Shown here in pieces: positions 21,895 through 33,428 of a stretch of DNA of 64,000 nt. The translations under genes and the position numbers were made by a program. The notes beneath the pieces were generated by a model that was given only the letters and a program-made list of their open reading frames with translations, made no database searches and was not told the origin of the DNA. This stretch comes from Calditrichia bacterium (GTDB taxonomy: Bacteria; Calditrichota; Calditrichia; JAJRVZ01), in the NCBI GenBank assembly GCA_963796965.1, contig CAWCNS010000004.1, forward strand, positions 352,001 through 416,000. The letters run 5' to 3'. Numbering within the stretch: position 1 is the stretch's first letter; every line of letters starts with the position of its first letter.

Positions 21895-21934
21895 AATTAG
21901 TATTCAAGCCCACCAAATTTGATAACGAAATACA

Positions 21935-23086
21935 ATGAATAAATTGATTAGCTTAATCACTACAAAAACAAGAAATATTGGATTAGAAAATGGTTGTATT
22001 TTCCGGCCCAAAATATTTCTTATTTCATTTCTCGCTTTTCTCTTTGGTATTGCTTTTATCCCCTTACCTTCATTTGCCCAGCAACATATCACCCATACAA
22101 AACTACTCGAATATTATAGTGAAGATGGAAGAGTGGAGCCTGTTTTATCCCCGGAAGATTGGAAGAAAAGGCGCAAACAGATCCTTGAGGGAATGCAGTT
22201 AGCAATGGGCCATCTTCCAGATAGGCATGATCTTGTTGATCTGGATGTAAAAATCATAGATGAAATAAAAGGCAAGGGATTTGTACGTCAATCGATTACT
22301 TTTAGCGGAGAGTTGGGAGACCGAATACCAGCATTATTATATATACCCACGAATATTCTAAAAGATAAAAAATATCCAGGCATGTTGGCATTACACCCCA
22401 CGGGGTCGTTGGGAAAACGGATTGTTGCCGGAGAAGGCCCACTTGACAACCGACAGTATGGTTTGGAATTGGCACAACGGGGGTATGTAGTAATATGCCC
22501 GGATTATCCCTCGTTCGGTGATTATGATTATGACTTTGAGAAAGATGCATATGTTTCCGGAACAATGAAAGGAATATTCAATCACATGCGATGTGTAGAT
22601 CTATTAGAATCGCTTGAGTACTTGGATCCGGAAAAAATTGGAGTTATCGGTCATTCATTGGGTGGACATAATGCCATGTTTGTCGCTGTATTTGATCAAC
22701 GATTAAAAGTCATTATTTCAAGCTGTGGCTGGACACCTTTTCATGATTATTATGAAGGAAATATAAAAGGTTGGACCAGCCTACGCTATATGCCCCGGCT
22801 AAATGATGTGTACCATCTCGATCCGGATTCTGTCCCCTTCGATTTTTATGAAGTAGTTGCGGCTTTGGCTCCACGGCCTTTTTTTTCAAACTCACCTTTA
22901 TATGATGATAACTTTTCTGTGGAGGGGGTAAAAAAAGGAATATCAGAAGCGAAAAAAGTTTATCGCTTACTCAAAGCCGAGGAGAATATCCAGGTACGGT
23001 ATCCGGATTGTGAACATGATTTCCCGACAAAAATCAGGCAGCAAGCATATGAATTCCTTGATGCTGCATTTAATCATTCCCATTAA
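21935..23086 (+). CDS. Secreted alpha/beta hydrolase (dienelactone hydrolase / carbohydrate esterase-like)
   Basis: LAQRGYVV.PDY, GHSLGG nucleophile elbow, LAPRP, and C-terminal EHDF His. Confidence 0.8.
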   Translation: MNKLISLITTKTRNIGLENGCIFRPKIFLISFLAFLFGIAFIPLPSFAQQHITHTKLLEYYSEDGRVEPVLSPEDWKKRRKQILEGMQLAMGHLPDRHDLVDLDVKIIDEIKGKGFVRQSITFSGELGDRIPALLYIPTNILKDKKYPGMLALHPTGSLGKRIVAGEGPLDNRQYGLELAQRGYVVICPDYPSFGDYDYDFEKDAYVSGTMKGIFNHMRCVDLLESLEYLDPEKIGVIGHSLGGHNAMFVAVFDQRLKVIISSCGWTPFHDYYEGNIKGWTSLRYMPRLNDVYHLDPDSVPFDFYEVVAALAPRPFFSNSPLYDDNFSVEGVKKGISEAKKVYRLLKAEENIQVRYPDCEHDFPTKIRQQAYEFLDAAFNHSH

Positions 23087-23104
23087 ATAACCTGAATAAT
23101 TTAT

Positions 23105-23244
23105 CTCTCGCTAAGACGCCAAGGCGCAAAGATTTATTTTTAAATAAGTTATGAAGATAATTTTAATGAAATCAATAAATAAAATTCCTATATTTAAAAT
23201 CCTCTAAATAATTATTTCTTTGCGTCTTAGCGCCTTTGCGTGAG
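23105..23244. repeat. Family B inverted arms around an AT-rich spacer
   Basis: CTCGCTAAGACGCCAAGGCGCAAAGA ... TCTTTGCGTCTTAGCGCCTTTGCGTGAG. Confidence 0.85.
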
Positions 23245-23286
23245 GAATTTATGAATAAACCAAGATAATATGAAGGCTGGGAAAAT

Positions 23287-23739
23287 ATGGCAAAATATAT
23301 TGAACTTGAATTTGTAGAACAAAAGATTAATGCACGGGCGAGGCTATTAGATGAAGAAATGCCCAGAACTTGTGAAGAACTTCTTAAACATTTACCTCAG
23401 GAGGCTGATGCAACACATGCACGCTATTCGGGAAGTGAGGTTGCGATGTTGCTCTCTACAGATATTAAAATTGGACGGGAAAAAGCGACGTGTGCTGTCC
23501 AAACAGGAGATGTCGCTTATGTCTGGCTTAACCAAGATGACCATTATGGGTTAGATGATGACGTCTCTGAAATTTGCTGGTTCTATGACCGTGATAGCCG
23601 TCCAAGTATGGCGGAAGGTCCCGTTTTAGTAAATATCTTTGCCCGCATAGAAGGAGATGCAACGGAATTTTACCGCGCTTCTGCCGATACAAGGATTACA
23701 GGTGTAAAAAAAGTAAGAATAAAGTTAGTAGAAGAATAA
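23287..23739 (+). CDS. DUF3830-family (cyclophilin-like fold) protein
   Basis: ARLL...PRTC...LP.....HARYSG.E and GDV pattern. Confidence 0.65.
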   Translation: MAKYIELEFVEQKINARARLLDEEMPRTCEELLKHLPQEADATHARYSGSEVAMLLSTDIKIGREKATCAVQTGDVAYVWLNQDDHYGLDDDVSEICWFYDRDSRPSMAEGPVLVNIFARIEGDATEFYRASADTRITGVKKVRIKLVEE

Positions 23740-23753
23740 TCAGGAGAACTGCG

Positions 23754-24714
23754 ATGAATGATGATCAGGGAAAAAATGAAATTAGAACGGTAGGTGTAGT
23801 TGGACTTGGCTTGATGGGTCAGGGAATAAGCAGTTGTCTTATCAGTAATGGATTTAAGGTCATTGCTTATAGCAGAACGGCAACCCGAGAGGGAGAAACA
23901 AAAAAGCATATTGCGTTGAGTCTGAAGAAGCTTATTGAACGGGAAGTGATTCCTGGTAGGAATGCCGAAGGATGGGAAAAATGTTTCCAATATGTCAATG
24001 ATCTTAAAGAGTTAAAAGAATGTCCATTTATCATAGAGACAGTTGGTGAGGATCTTGAATTAAAAGGAAATATTTATAAAACTCTTGAAGCAGTGGTATC
24101 AGAAAGTGCCATAATTGCTTCCAATACTTCCGGTATGTCAATCTCTCTTCTGCAAGAGCAATTGAATATCAGAGAAAGATTCTTGGGAATGCATTGGGCT
24201 GAACCAGCTGAAATAACCCGATTTCTCGAGATTGCTCCCGGAAAGCAAACCGGAACCAGGGCGATTCAGATAACCAATGAAATTGGCCAGCGTTGCGGCA
24301 AAGAACCAACTATCCTCAATTTTGAACTACCCGGTTTAATATCCAACCGATTGATGTATGCGATGATGCGTGAGGCTCTGAATTTGGTGGAAACGGGTGT
24401 TGCAGATATTGAAATGATAGACCGATCCTTCAGGAATGACATCGGCTGGTGGGCAACGATTTGCGGTCCCTTCCGTTGGATGGATTTAACCGGGATTACC
24501 AATTTATGCAAAAGTAATGGAGGGATTGTTTCCAGATCTTTCAAATTCTACGGAAGTCCCACAAGTGATGCGCGAAAAAGCTGAAAACGGAACTAAATTT
24601 TACGACTATCCACCGGGAAAAGAAAAAGCATGGGAAGATGTTTGGACAGAGTTTACACATGATATACGAGAGATTGTAGATAAATATGAGAAAAAGATAA
24701 AACTTTCAGAATAG
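23754..24714 (+). CDS. 3-hydroxyacyl-CoA dehydrogenase-family protein, frameshift near 24500
   Basis: GVVGLGLMG, E.L.LK, IASNTS, GMHW..P, PG.I.NRL..A..REA, GPF.WMDL.G. Confidence 0.85.
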
Positions 24715-25903
24715 GTGTCTAATATGAATATTGATATCAAAATAATTGAACATGAAATTAATAATATTATCCCCAAGATAAAGGATATTAGACACCATAT
24801 TCATGCTCATCCTGAATTGTCCTTGGACGAACATAATACATCCGCTTATATCAGGGAGCAATTGAAGTCTTTAAACATTGGAGATTTTACCTCCATTTTT
24901 ATCAACAGATGTCATTGCTTTATTAAATCCTGAGAAAACGGAAAGAAATATCACATTAAGAGCTGATATAGATGCCCTGCCCATCCAGGAACAGAACGAT
25001 CTGCCCTATTCATCAAAAATGAACAATGTCATGCATGCCTGTGGTCATGATGGCCATACGGCCATGCTGATAGGGGCAGCCATAGTACTTGAAAAGTTTA
25101 AAAAACAATTGAACGGTTCCGTACGCTTTGTTTTTCAACCCGGAGAAGAAATAGTTGCTGCGGGAAGGGATTTGGTTGAAAAAGGAATCTTGAATTCTCC
25201 AAAACCAGAAGCGGTTCTTGCGTTGCATTCGTGGCCTGGTTATCCCCTGGGTTCAATTTGTTCCAGACCGGGAGCTATGATGGCTGCTGCGGATATATTT
25301 AAAATTATTATTAGAGGAAAAGGAGGTCATGGATCAGCACCCGAACAAAGCAACGATCCTATATTTACTGCAACTAAGATTATCAACAATCTGTATTTAC
25401 TCCCTTCGAGAAAATTCAGGGCCTTGGATAGTATAACTCTGAGTGTCTGCAAAATACATGCAGGGGACAGCTCTAATGTGATTCCGGATGAGGTGATAAT
25501 GGAAGGGACGGTACGATATTTTTCCAAAAAAGTAGGAGAAAAAATTCCATCATTATTCGAAAAAGTAATAAAGGATGAATGTGAAAGTTCAGGTACAACA
25601 TACACGTTGGACTATAATCAGCCCTATATCGCAACCATTAATGATCCGGATATCGTGAATCTATGTAAAAAAAATTGGCAGGATATTAGTGACGATAAAA
25701 AATGGATTGATCTTTCAGATCCTGTTATGGCTTCAGAAGATTTTTCTTATTATCTTGATAGCAATCCGGGAGGGATGTTTTTTCTGGGTATGGGTGAAAA
25801 TAGTTCAGAATTGCATACCAATTCCTTTAATTTTAATGATGAAGCTTTAAGAGATGGTATTCTATTTCTTGTTATATCAACAATGGGTTTACTAAAAAAA
25901 TAG
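24715..25903 (+). CDS. M20D amidohydrolase, frameshift near 24880
   Basis: H.HPELS..E, LRADIDALP, HACGHDGH, FQPGEE, GKGGHGS, ASEDF, LH. Confidence 0.9.
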
Positions 25904-25988
25904 ATTGTTTATTTATAATCAGAATTTTAATGTTTTTGTGGAGAGTAAAGTCTTAAAATAAGATTAGGATAAACTTTAGATTATTAAT

Positions 25989-26185
25989 TAAACGCAGAGT
26001 TCGCTGAGAGCGCAGAGAGAAAATCTTCCACAAATTATCACGAATTTATTCTCCCAAAGGGACTCCTATGGAGGAATTTCACGAATTATCTATTATAAGT
26101 TTTTGAAGAGGTCTGAATAATTTTTTTATCTGTTTTTTATGTTAATTAATAAAGATTCTGCGCGGCTCAGCGAACTCTGCGTTAA
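25989..26185. repeat. Family B element with nested CACGAAT arm and CCAAAGG-GACT-CCTATGG hairpin
   Basis: An 18 bp perfect inverted repeat AACGCAGAGTTCGCTGAG (25991-26008 / 26166-26183), with nested sequence at 26028-26087. Confidence 0.85.
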
Positions 26186-26222
26186 AATTATTTTTATGTT
26201 TTTTTTAATAAAGGAATGAAAA

Positions 26223-27191
26223 ATGAAAAAATTACTTCTTTTGCTTTTTGGTTGTCTCATGATAATTACTGCCATTAGTGCATCTCCTAAACCGATAAAG
26301 GTAGGGCTAATCGGTTTAGATACCTCCCATGCCCCGGCATTTACCAAATTTCTCAATACACCCGATGATGATAATTATGTTCCGGGTGCCCGGGTTGTCG
26401 CTGCCTTTGCTGGTGGAAGTCCTGAGGTGGAAGCCAGTTGGTCCCGGGTTGAAAAGTATACGAATCAAATTCGTGACGAATACAAAGTTGAAATTGTTCC
26501 AACAATTGATGATCTGTTGGAAAAAGTTGATGTTGTCATATTAACAAGTGTGGACGGGAACGTACATTTGGAACAAGCCAGGCCGGTAATCATGGCAAAA
26601 AAACGTATTTATATTGATAAACCAATGGCTGCAAGTTTGGAAGATGTTTATAAAATTTTCGACCTGGCTAAAAAAGAAGATGTTCCTTGTTGGAGTGCCT
26701 CAAGTTTAAGATATTTTACTGAACTTCAAACGGCAATTAAAGATACGGCCATGGGTAAAATATTGGGATGTGAGGCTTTTAGTCCGGCAAAGTTAGAACC
26801 CCACCATCCTGATCTCTTTTGGTATGGTATACATGGGGTGGAAACTCTGTTTACAGTAATGGGACCGGATATCCAAACGGTAGACCGGGTATATACTGAG
26901 ATTTTGACCTGGTTACCGGGGTCTGGAAAGATGGACGTATTGGAACTTTCCGGGGAAACCGGGTTGGTAAAGGAAGATATGGTGCAACGATTTTTTATGA
27001 AAAAGGTGTCAAACATGTTGTACCCGGTAAAGGATCATTATATAAACCCCTATTAACTGAGATTGTAAAATTTTTTCAAACAGGTGAAGTGCCCATTAGA
27101 GCCAGAAGAGACGATTGCTATTTTTGAATTTATGGATGCTGCCCAAAAATCCCGGGATAGTGGTGGGAAAACGATTACAATTTCTGAATAA
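26223..27191 (+). CDS. Secreted Gfo/Idh/MocA-family oxidoreductase, frameshift near 26900
   Basis: Signal peptide, GLIGLDTSH, YIDKPMA, SASSLRY, WYGIHGVE. The alternative frame continues to TAA at 27189-27191. Confidence 0.75.
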
Positions 27192-27268
27192 ATTTGTCTG
27201 GGTTTGTGTGATATCATTAGCCACAGAGAACCTATGGTCTTTCTGATTGGAAAAAACATAAAAGATTT

Positions 27269-27399
27269 ACCACTCCCATAGGGATGCCTATGGCAAAAGT
27301 TCACTAAGCCCCGATATATATGTCTACATCACATAGACATATCGGGATAAATCCTCTTCCGAAGGAATCCCTTCGGGACAAGATTTCAAAGGCACCAAG
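27269..27399. repeat. Mosaic of three small hairpins within a family-B-like arm
   Basis: CCATAGG-GATG-CCTATGG; CCCGAT..ATGTCTA-CATCACA-TAGACAT-ATCGGG; CCGAAGG-AATC-CCTTCGG. Confidence 0.65.
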
Positions 27400-27423
27400 A
27401 TCAGAAAGAAAAGTCCCTAAATG

Positions 27424-27477
27424 ACCTCCTCCTCATCCCCCGCCTTAGTAAGGAGGGGGAAATAGGGGGTGGTAATT
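27424..27477. repeat. Family A long palindrome
   Basis: ACCTCCTCCTCATCCCCCGCCTT-AGT-AAGGAGGGGGAAATAGGGGGTGGTAATT. Confidence 0.85.
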
Positions 27478-27608
27478 GCTTAATTTTTCCTTTGGTAGCG
27501 GTTAAAAATCAGATACACAATTTATTAGATCATTGGAAAATCGATAATATTCACTCTGGATTTAAATAGTCAACAAATCAATCTTGGTTTACAAAAGAAA
27601 GAGAAATT

Positions 27609-29011
27609 ATGCACCATAGAATATTTATAGAAATTTGAGGATTTTTCTACAATCATATTACTTTCAGCATTAGTCTGGAATTGTGGAAATTCTGAGAATG
27701 CCAATCAATATAATCCGGAGAATTCTGTGGAATCTGCAAAATTGATAGCTAAAACCTATGATTCCGGATTTGAACTGGCCCACGATACCTATAACGGTAT
27801 GGGAACCGGCAAGTGATGGTAAAATATATTATGTTCTTTCTTCCGAATCCTATGAAATCGGGTGCACAAATATACAGTTATGATCCTGGCAACAGATAAA
27901 ATCAAACATCTGGGTGATCTTACTGAAGCATGTGGTGAAAAGGGAAAGAAGAACAATTGTCCAGGGAAAGAGCCATGTAAATTTTGTTGAAAACAAGATA
28001 AATTATACTTTGCCACCCATGTTGGTTACTATAGTTTAGTGGATGGTATGGAGAAGATTGGAATCCCACCAAAGGGCTATAAACCTTACCCGGGGGGGCA
28101 TTTTTTAGCCTATGACATGAAAACTGACACATTTGAGGATTTGGCAATCGCCCCAGCTGGTGAAGGCATCCTGACGATGAATATGGACACAAAACGAGAA
28201 CGTCTTTATGGCATAACCTGGCCAACCGGCTATTTTATCCGATATGATTTGAAAAGTAAGGAACTAAAAAATCTGGGACCTATTTCCAAAGATGGAGAAA
28301 ATGGTATAGGAGATAACTACCGTGTCCTCTGTCGTTCTCTGGCTGTTGATCCCCGTGACGGTTCTGTCTATTTTACAAATGGAGACGGTGATGTTTTTAA
28401 GTATAATTATCAGAAAGATGGCATTAAAATTTTAGGGGATGTTGATATGCGGAAAGATTATTTCGGCCTCTATGAAGTGAATTCACCCGGGCATATGGCC
28501 TATAACTGGCGCCAGACAATCTGGTGTGAAGCCGATAAGGCTATTTACGGTGTTCATGGAAATTCCGGCTACCTTTTCCGTTTTGACCCTTCTATTCCTA
28601 AAATAGAGATTATCGACCGTATTACCTCGTTGCCATCTAAGAAGAGTGGCATGTTTGATCAGTTCAGCTATGGATATCTGGGTTTTACATTAGGACCGGA
28701 TGGCAAAACACTCAATTACCTGACCGGGGGACCGGTTTATGTGGATGGAAAAAGAGTAAAAGGAAAAGATAAAACAGCCATGGGAGAATCAAAAGGCACA
28801 GAAAATTTACACCTGATCACTTATAATATTTCAACAAAAAATATACAGATCATGGACCGATATTCTATGAGGATGGTCAGAGGCCGTCATATGTGAATTC
28901 AATTGCTGTTGGAAAGAATGGTGATGTATATACGTTAGCCGAATTCCGAGAGCGGGAGGTATCATAACAGATCTGATAAAAATTAATTATCCGAATTACT
29001 CGTCAAAATAA
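27609..29011 (+). CDS. Secreted beta-propeller hypothetical protein (several frameshifts)
   Basis: Core ORF 28039-28896 (GGHFLAYD, LYGITWPTG.F.RYD, RSLAVDP.DGSVYF). Flanking frames continue it. Boundaries approximate. Confidence 0.5.
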
Positions 29012-29081
29012 TTCTATGACAAAAGTAGATGTCATGTTGAACTTGTCTTTCCTGGACTTCTTTCAGGATTTAAGTGACAAA

Positions 29082-29511
29082 CTAATTCCCCCTTTGAAGG
29101 GGGTAAGGGGGATGATTTAATTGACGATCAACTATAATCCAAAACTGAAAGATCGAGCAAGGGAATTAAGAAAGAATGCTACATTCACCGAACGATTATT
29201 ATGGAAGCATTTAAGGGCTGGTCAATTAAAAGGTTTTCGGTTTCTAAGACAAAAGCCCATAGATGAATTTATAGTTGACTTCTATTGTAAGAAAGTTCAA
29301 TTAGTGATTGAAATTGATGGTGTCACACACAATGATAGAGAAAGTTATGACAAACGAAGAGAAGCTAGATATAAATTAGGATACACTGTACTTAGACTTG
29401 ATGGATACTATATATTAGATAACATCACTGGAGCATTAGAAGTGATTATGGGGCATATTGCTGAGATAGAAAACAAAACATCCCCCTAGCCCCCTTCAAA
29501 GGGGGAATTAG
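29082..29511 (+). mobile_element. DUF559 endonuclease cassette 1 bounded by 33 bp hairpin-containing terminal inverted repeats
   Basis: Left CTAATTCCCCCTTTGAAGGGGGTAAGGGGGATG (29082-29114) and right CATCCCCCTAGCCCCCTTCAAAGGGGGAATTAG (29479-29511) are 31/33 reverse-complementary. Mobility is inferred. Confidence 0.7.
29121..29489 (+). CDS. DUF559 endonuclease domain protein (Vsr/restriction-endonuclease-like)
   Basis: RARELRKN.T..E..LW..LR, F.RQKPI..FIVDFYC...LVIEIDG..H...YD..R. TTG start. Confidence 0.9.
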   Translation: MTINYNPKLKDRARELRKNATFTERLLWKHLRAGQLKGFRFLRQKPIDEFIVDFYCKKVQLVIEIDGVTHNDRESYDKRREARYKLGYTVLRLDGYYILDNITGALEVIMGHIAEIENKTSP

Positions 29512-29624
29512 ATTTTACCCCTCACCAAGGGGGGAACTGAATTTTTTTTACAAATTTCAATAAAAAGTTATTTTATATATATGTGAAATTTTGACACTAC
29601 CTTATCTATGAAGGGAGTATTCTA

Positions 29625-30986
29625 ATGAAAAACAAATCAATATCCCGCCGGTAATTTATTAAAACCACTTCAACCGGTGCCATGGCGGCAAGCCAAATTG
29701 TACCTGCCTATGCATTTGCCATTCAGGATAAGGCAAATTCGGGAAAATTAGCTGCCTTAGGTGGCAAACCGGTCAGAAGCAATAAAAAGTGGCCGGAATG
29801 GCCCTATCGTGATCAGAATGTGATTGATTCGGTATTGGAAACCACAAAAAGTGGCATCTGGTGCAGGATTCAGTCAAAAACGGGTACGGTACCCACCTTT
29901 GAAAAAAAATTCGCCGAAATGTATGGTGTCAAGCATTGTGTTGTTACAGGTTCGGGAACACAATCGCTCCATACGACCATAGAGGCATTGGGAATTGGAC
30001 CAGGTGATGAAGTGATCACTTCACCATACACTGATCCTGGTACTATAGCCTCTATCCTATCTGCGCGCGCTCTACCTGTTTTAGCCGATCTTGATCGCCT
30101 CTCTTTCCAATTAGATGCGGATGATGTGGAAAGACGAATCAATCAAAATACAAAAGCGCTTATGCCCGTGCATATGATGGGGCAGCCGGCCGAGATGGAT
30201 CGGTATATGCAGATGGCAAAAAAATATAATTTGCCTATTATTGAAGATGCCTGCCAGGCCCATTTTGCAAAGTACAAGGGTAAATTATTAGGGACAATTG
30301 GTGATGTGGGCTGTTTTAGTTTCCAGACCAGTAAGGTGCTTTCATGTGGAGAAGGTGGGGGTATCGTCAGTGATAATGATGAATTAATGGATCAATGCTT
30401 TACGGTTCAAAACCATGGTACATCAAAACGGGGACGAACCGAGACCATCGGTCCGAAATACCGTATGAATGAATTTGAGGCAGCCATTTTATTGGGTCAA
30501 TTGCCTACCCTGTGGGAACGTCACGAGCGGCGAAATAAAAATGCACAATACCTGACCTCCAAGATTAAAGATATACCAGGAATTTATCCCCAAAAACTTT
30601 ATGAGGGTACAGAAGAAGGTTCATTTTATCTCTATACGATGAGTTATGATAAAAAGCATTATAATAATGTTGATCGGGGCAAATATCTGAAAGCATTGGC
30701 GGCTGAGGGAATAGGTCTGAGTCCATATATTAAAAACGGTTTACATAGAGAGCCCTGGGTGGATAATATCATCAATCGCCGGGTATATAAAAAAATGTAT
30801 ACGGCACAACGGCTTCAGGAATTCAAGGAAGGTATGGTTTGTCCCAATTGTGATCTAGTATGCGATGAAGAAATGGTGATGTTATGGGCATCAGGGCCGC
30901 TCTTAGGGACTACAGAAGATATGGATGATGTGATCAATGCGCTTATTAAAGTGTATGAGAACAGGGACCAACTAAGCAAGGTCTGA
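29625..30986 (+). CDS. DegT/DnrJ/EryC1/StrS PLP aminotransferase with Tat signal (in-frame TAA at 29652, probably an error)
   Basis: ATG at 29625 after GGAG reads MKNKSISRR*FIKT, in frame with the 29682 ORF. GPGDEVI, EDACQAH, FSFQTSK, GEGG. Confidence 0.85.
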
Positions 30987-31005
30987 AGTTCAACGTTTAT
31001 TTTTT

Positions 31006-31158
31006 TTCACGCAGCGCCGCCACGAGCGCAACGTTTTATTTTGGATTTAGATCACCACCCCCATACCCCCTCCTTACTAAGGAGGGGGATTAAAGGGGCA
31101 GGTCATTCAAAAGTTTAGTTTTTTTTCTCCGTGATCTCCGAGTGAACTCTGTGGTTAT
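31006..31158. repeat. Family A palindrome (31051-31106) between two family-B-like arms
   Basis: CACGCAGCGCCGCCACGAGCGCAACG ... ACCACCCCCATACCCCCTCCTTACTAAGGAGGGGGA ... CTCCGTGATCTCCGAGTGAACTCTGTGGTT. Confidence 0.8.
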
Positions 31159-31218
31159 TCTATTATTGCAATCCGTATTGTGTTTGAATGTACATAAAGA
31201 TCGATGAGGAAAATATTA

Positions 31219-32599
31219 ATGTTAAATATACTTACTGTTAAACGATATCTCCACCTATTAGTCATCGTTATCGTCCTAGTCATCTTCTTTTCATTGTTCT
31301 AATGATTCAGAAGCGATAAGAGTTGGCGTATTTAATGTAAACGTTTCCCCGCCTATTGGCAGCCCGGTTGCATATGCCAAAACACGGTCAATCCAGGATC
31401 CGCTTACCGCTAAGGGTATCGTTTTACTTTCGGATGATAAACCTATAGTATTATGTGCTGTAGATTGGCTTGGTATTGCCAATGAAGGTCAGGATGCCTG
31501 GAGAGAGAGCCTTGCCCATGCCGTCGGAACAACAACAGATCGGGTATCGGTTCATTCTGTCCACCAACACGACGGTTGCCGATGCGATTTTACTACTGAA
31601 GCTATTCTTGAGGCCTATGGTTTTGGGGGATGGCGTTATGATAACTCATTCTTACGCAAATCAATTCAAAGAGTATCGGATGCAGTAAAACAAGCCCAGA
31701 GCAATGCGCAACCCATAACCCACATTGGCTATGGCCAGGCGGAAGTGGAAAAGGTTGCTTCAAACCGCAGGATATTGGGAGAGGATGGGAAAGTAAAAAT
31801 TACAAGATGGAGCCGTACGAAAGACCCGGCAGCCATAGCCGCTCCCGAGGGGAAAATAGATCCTCTGTTAAGATCGGTTAGTTTCTGGGAAAATGAAAAA
31901 CCGGTTGTTGTCTTAAATTATTATACGACGCATCCCATGAGTCATTATGGAAAAGGAGATGTGAGTTCGGATTTTGTTGGAATTGCGCGGGATAGAAGGG
32001 AAAAACAATTAGGTGTCCCCCATATATATTTTTCAGGTCCGGGAGGTAATATTACTGCAGGAAAATATAATGACGGATCACCTGAACGCCGACCCGTATT
32101 GACAGAACGTGTTGAGAAGGCTATGAGCAAAGCCTGGGAAGGGACAAAAAAAGTAACGGTGTCTCAATCACATATAGAATGGAGAAATATTGAGTCATTA
32201 TTGCCTCTGGCAGAACATCTAAATGAAGATGAACTCATTTCCAATCTTAAAGATACAGAAACAGATTCATTAAAGAAGTTCACTGCGGCGAAACATCTTG
32301 CCTGGCTTCGCCGGACCAAAGAAGGACATAAGGTTAATATATCGGCTCTAAAACTAGGACAAATATGGCTGTTAAATCTTCCCGGCGAAACTTTTATAGA
32401 ATTCCAGTTAGCGGCTCAAAATTTAAAAATCGGTGAATATGTTTGTACAGCTGGTTATGAGGAATATGGCCCCGGTTACATTTGCACAGAAGTGGCCTAT
32501 GGTCAGGGCGGGTATGAGTCTAGTAATAGAGCTTCACGTGTTGCACCGGAAGCGGAGGGAGAGATATTAAAGGCAATCAGCTTTGTGCTGAAAGAATAG
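31219..32599 (+). CDS. Neutral/alkaline ceramidase-like hypothetical protein (frameshifts)
   Basis: V.VSPP.G, DPL.AKG, DPLL..V, NY.THP, SSDFVG.AR, LPGE.F.E.Q, YGPGYI, GGYE read across frames. Confidence 0.55.
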
Positions 32600-32637
32600 A
32601 TATCAAAATATTATAATAAATTTGTTATGCCCCAAGG

Positions 32638-32664
32638 AGGTATTTCGGGAATGCCTTTTATTTT
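32638..32664 (+). terminator. Possible weak intrinsic terminator
   Basis: AGGTATTT-CGG-GAATGCCT stem with two G-U pairs, followed by TTTATTTT. Confidence 0.3.
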
Positions 32665-32687
32665 AAGTGTTTAACGACTACATCGTA

Positions 32688-33344
32688 ATGAGAAAAAAAA
32701 GTTATATCGTTAAAAAGATTGATTTTGATACTAAAAGTCTTGTTGGAAATAAGATTTGGGATGAGGCAAATTCCCTGAAATTATCCTATTATTTATGGAT
32801 GAATAATGGTTATTCGCCGGATGTGTTTGTAAAAGTCCTCTATTCAGATCTTTATATCTATACTCTTTTTAAGGTATATGAAAAAAAAGTAAGAATACAG
32901 TATACAAACTTTGGCGAAGATGTACATAAAGACAGTTGTGTTGAATTTTTTATCAACCTGTTTCCTGAAAAGTCGGACGACTACTTTAATATTGAGATAA
33001 ACGCCATTGGTGTCATGTCGATCGGTGCCGGAAAAAATAGAAACAGGTTTGAAAGAAGGCATTTTACAAAGAAAGAAACTAAGGGATTTGAGATTATCTC
33101 GTCAATAAAAGAACCTGTCTCAGGTCTCTATGGTGCCGATTCCTGGACTTTGCATTACCGAATTCCCATCAAATTTTTTGAAGATTATTATCAGGAACAA
33201 TTTACTTCTAACAAAGCAATAGCAAATTTCTATAAATGTGGTGACGAAACCGAAGTCGAGCATTATGGTGCATGGAATAAGGTGGAGAATCCATCACCGG
33301 ATTTTCATCTACCTCAATATTTTGGAAAAATAGTCTTTTCGTAA
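32688..33344 (+). CDS. Carbohydrate-binding family 9-like protein
   Basis: V.KDSCVEFF, YFNIEINA.G, ANFYKCGD, HY.AW, PDFHLPQYFG. Confidence 0.85.
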   Translation: MRKKSYIVKKIDFDTKSLVGNKIWDEANSLKLSYYLWMNNGYSPDVFVKVLYSDLYIYTLFKVYEKKVRIQYTNFGEDVHKDSCVEFFINLFPEKSDDYFNIEINAIGVMSIGAGKNRNRFERRHFTKKETKGFEIISSIKEPVSGLYGADSWTLHYRIPIKFFEDYYQEQFTSNKAIANFYKCGDETEVEHYGAWNKVENPSPDFHLPQYFGKIVFS

Positions 33345-33428
33345 GGAGGAATGGCATATTTATAGATGCTGAGGGGGAACAGGTGATATAAATCAGAAAT
33401 ATTCCTTAGCCTGATGGATTCATAAATA

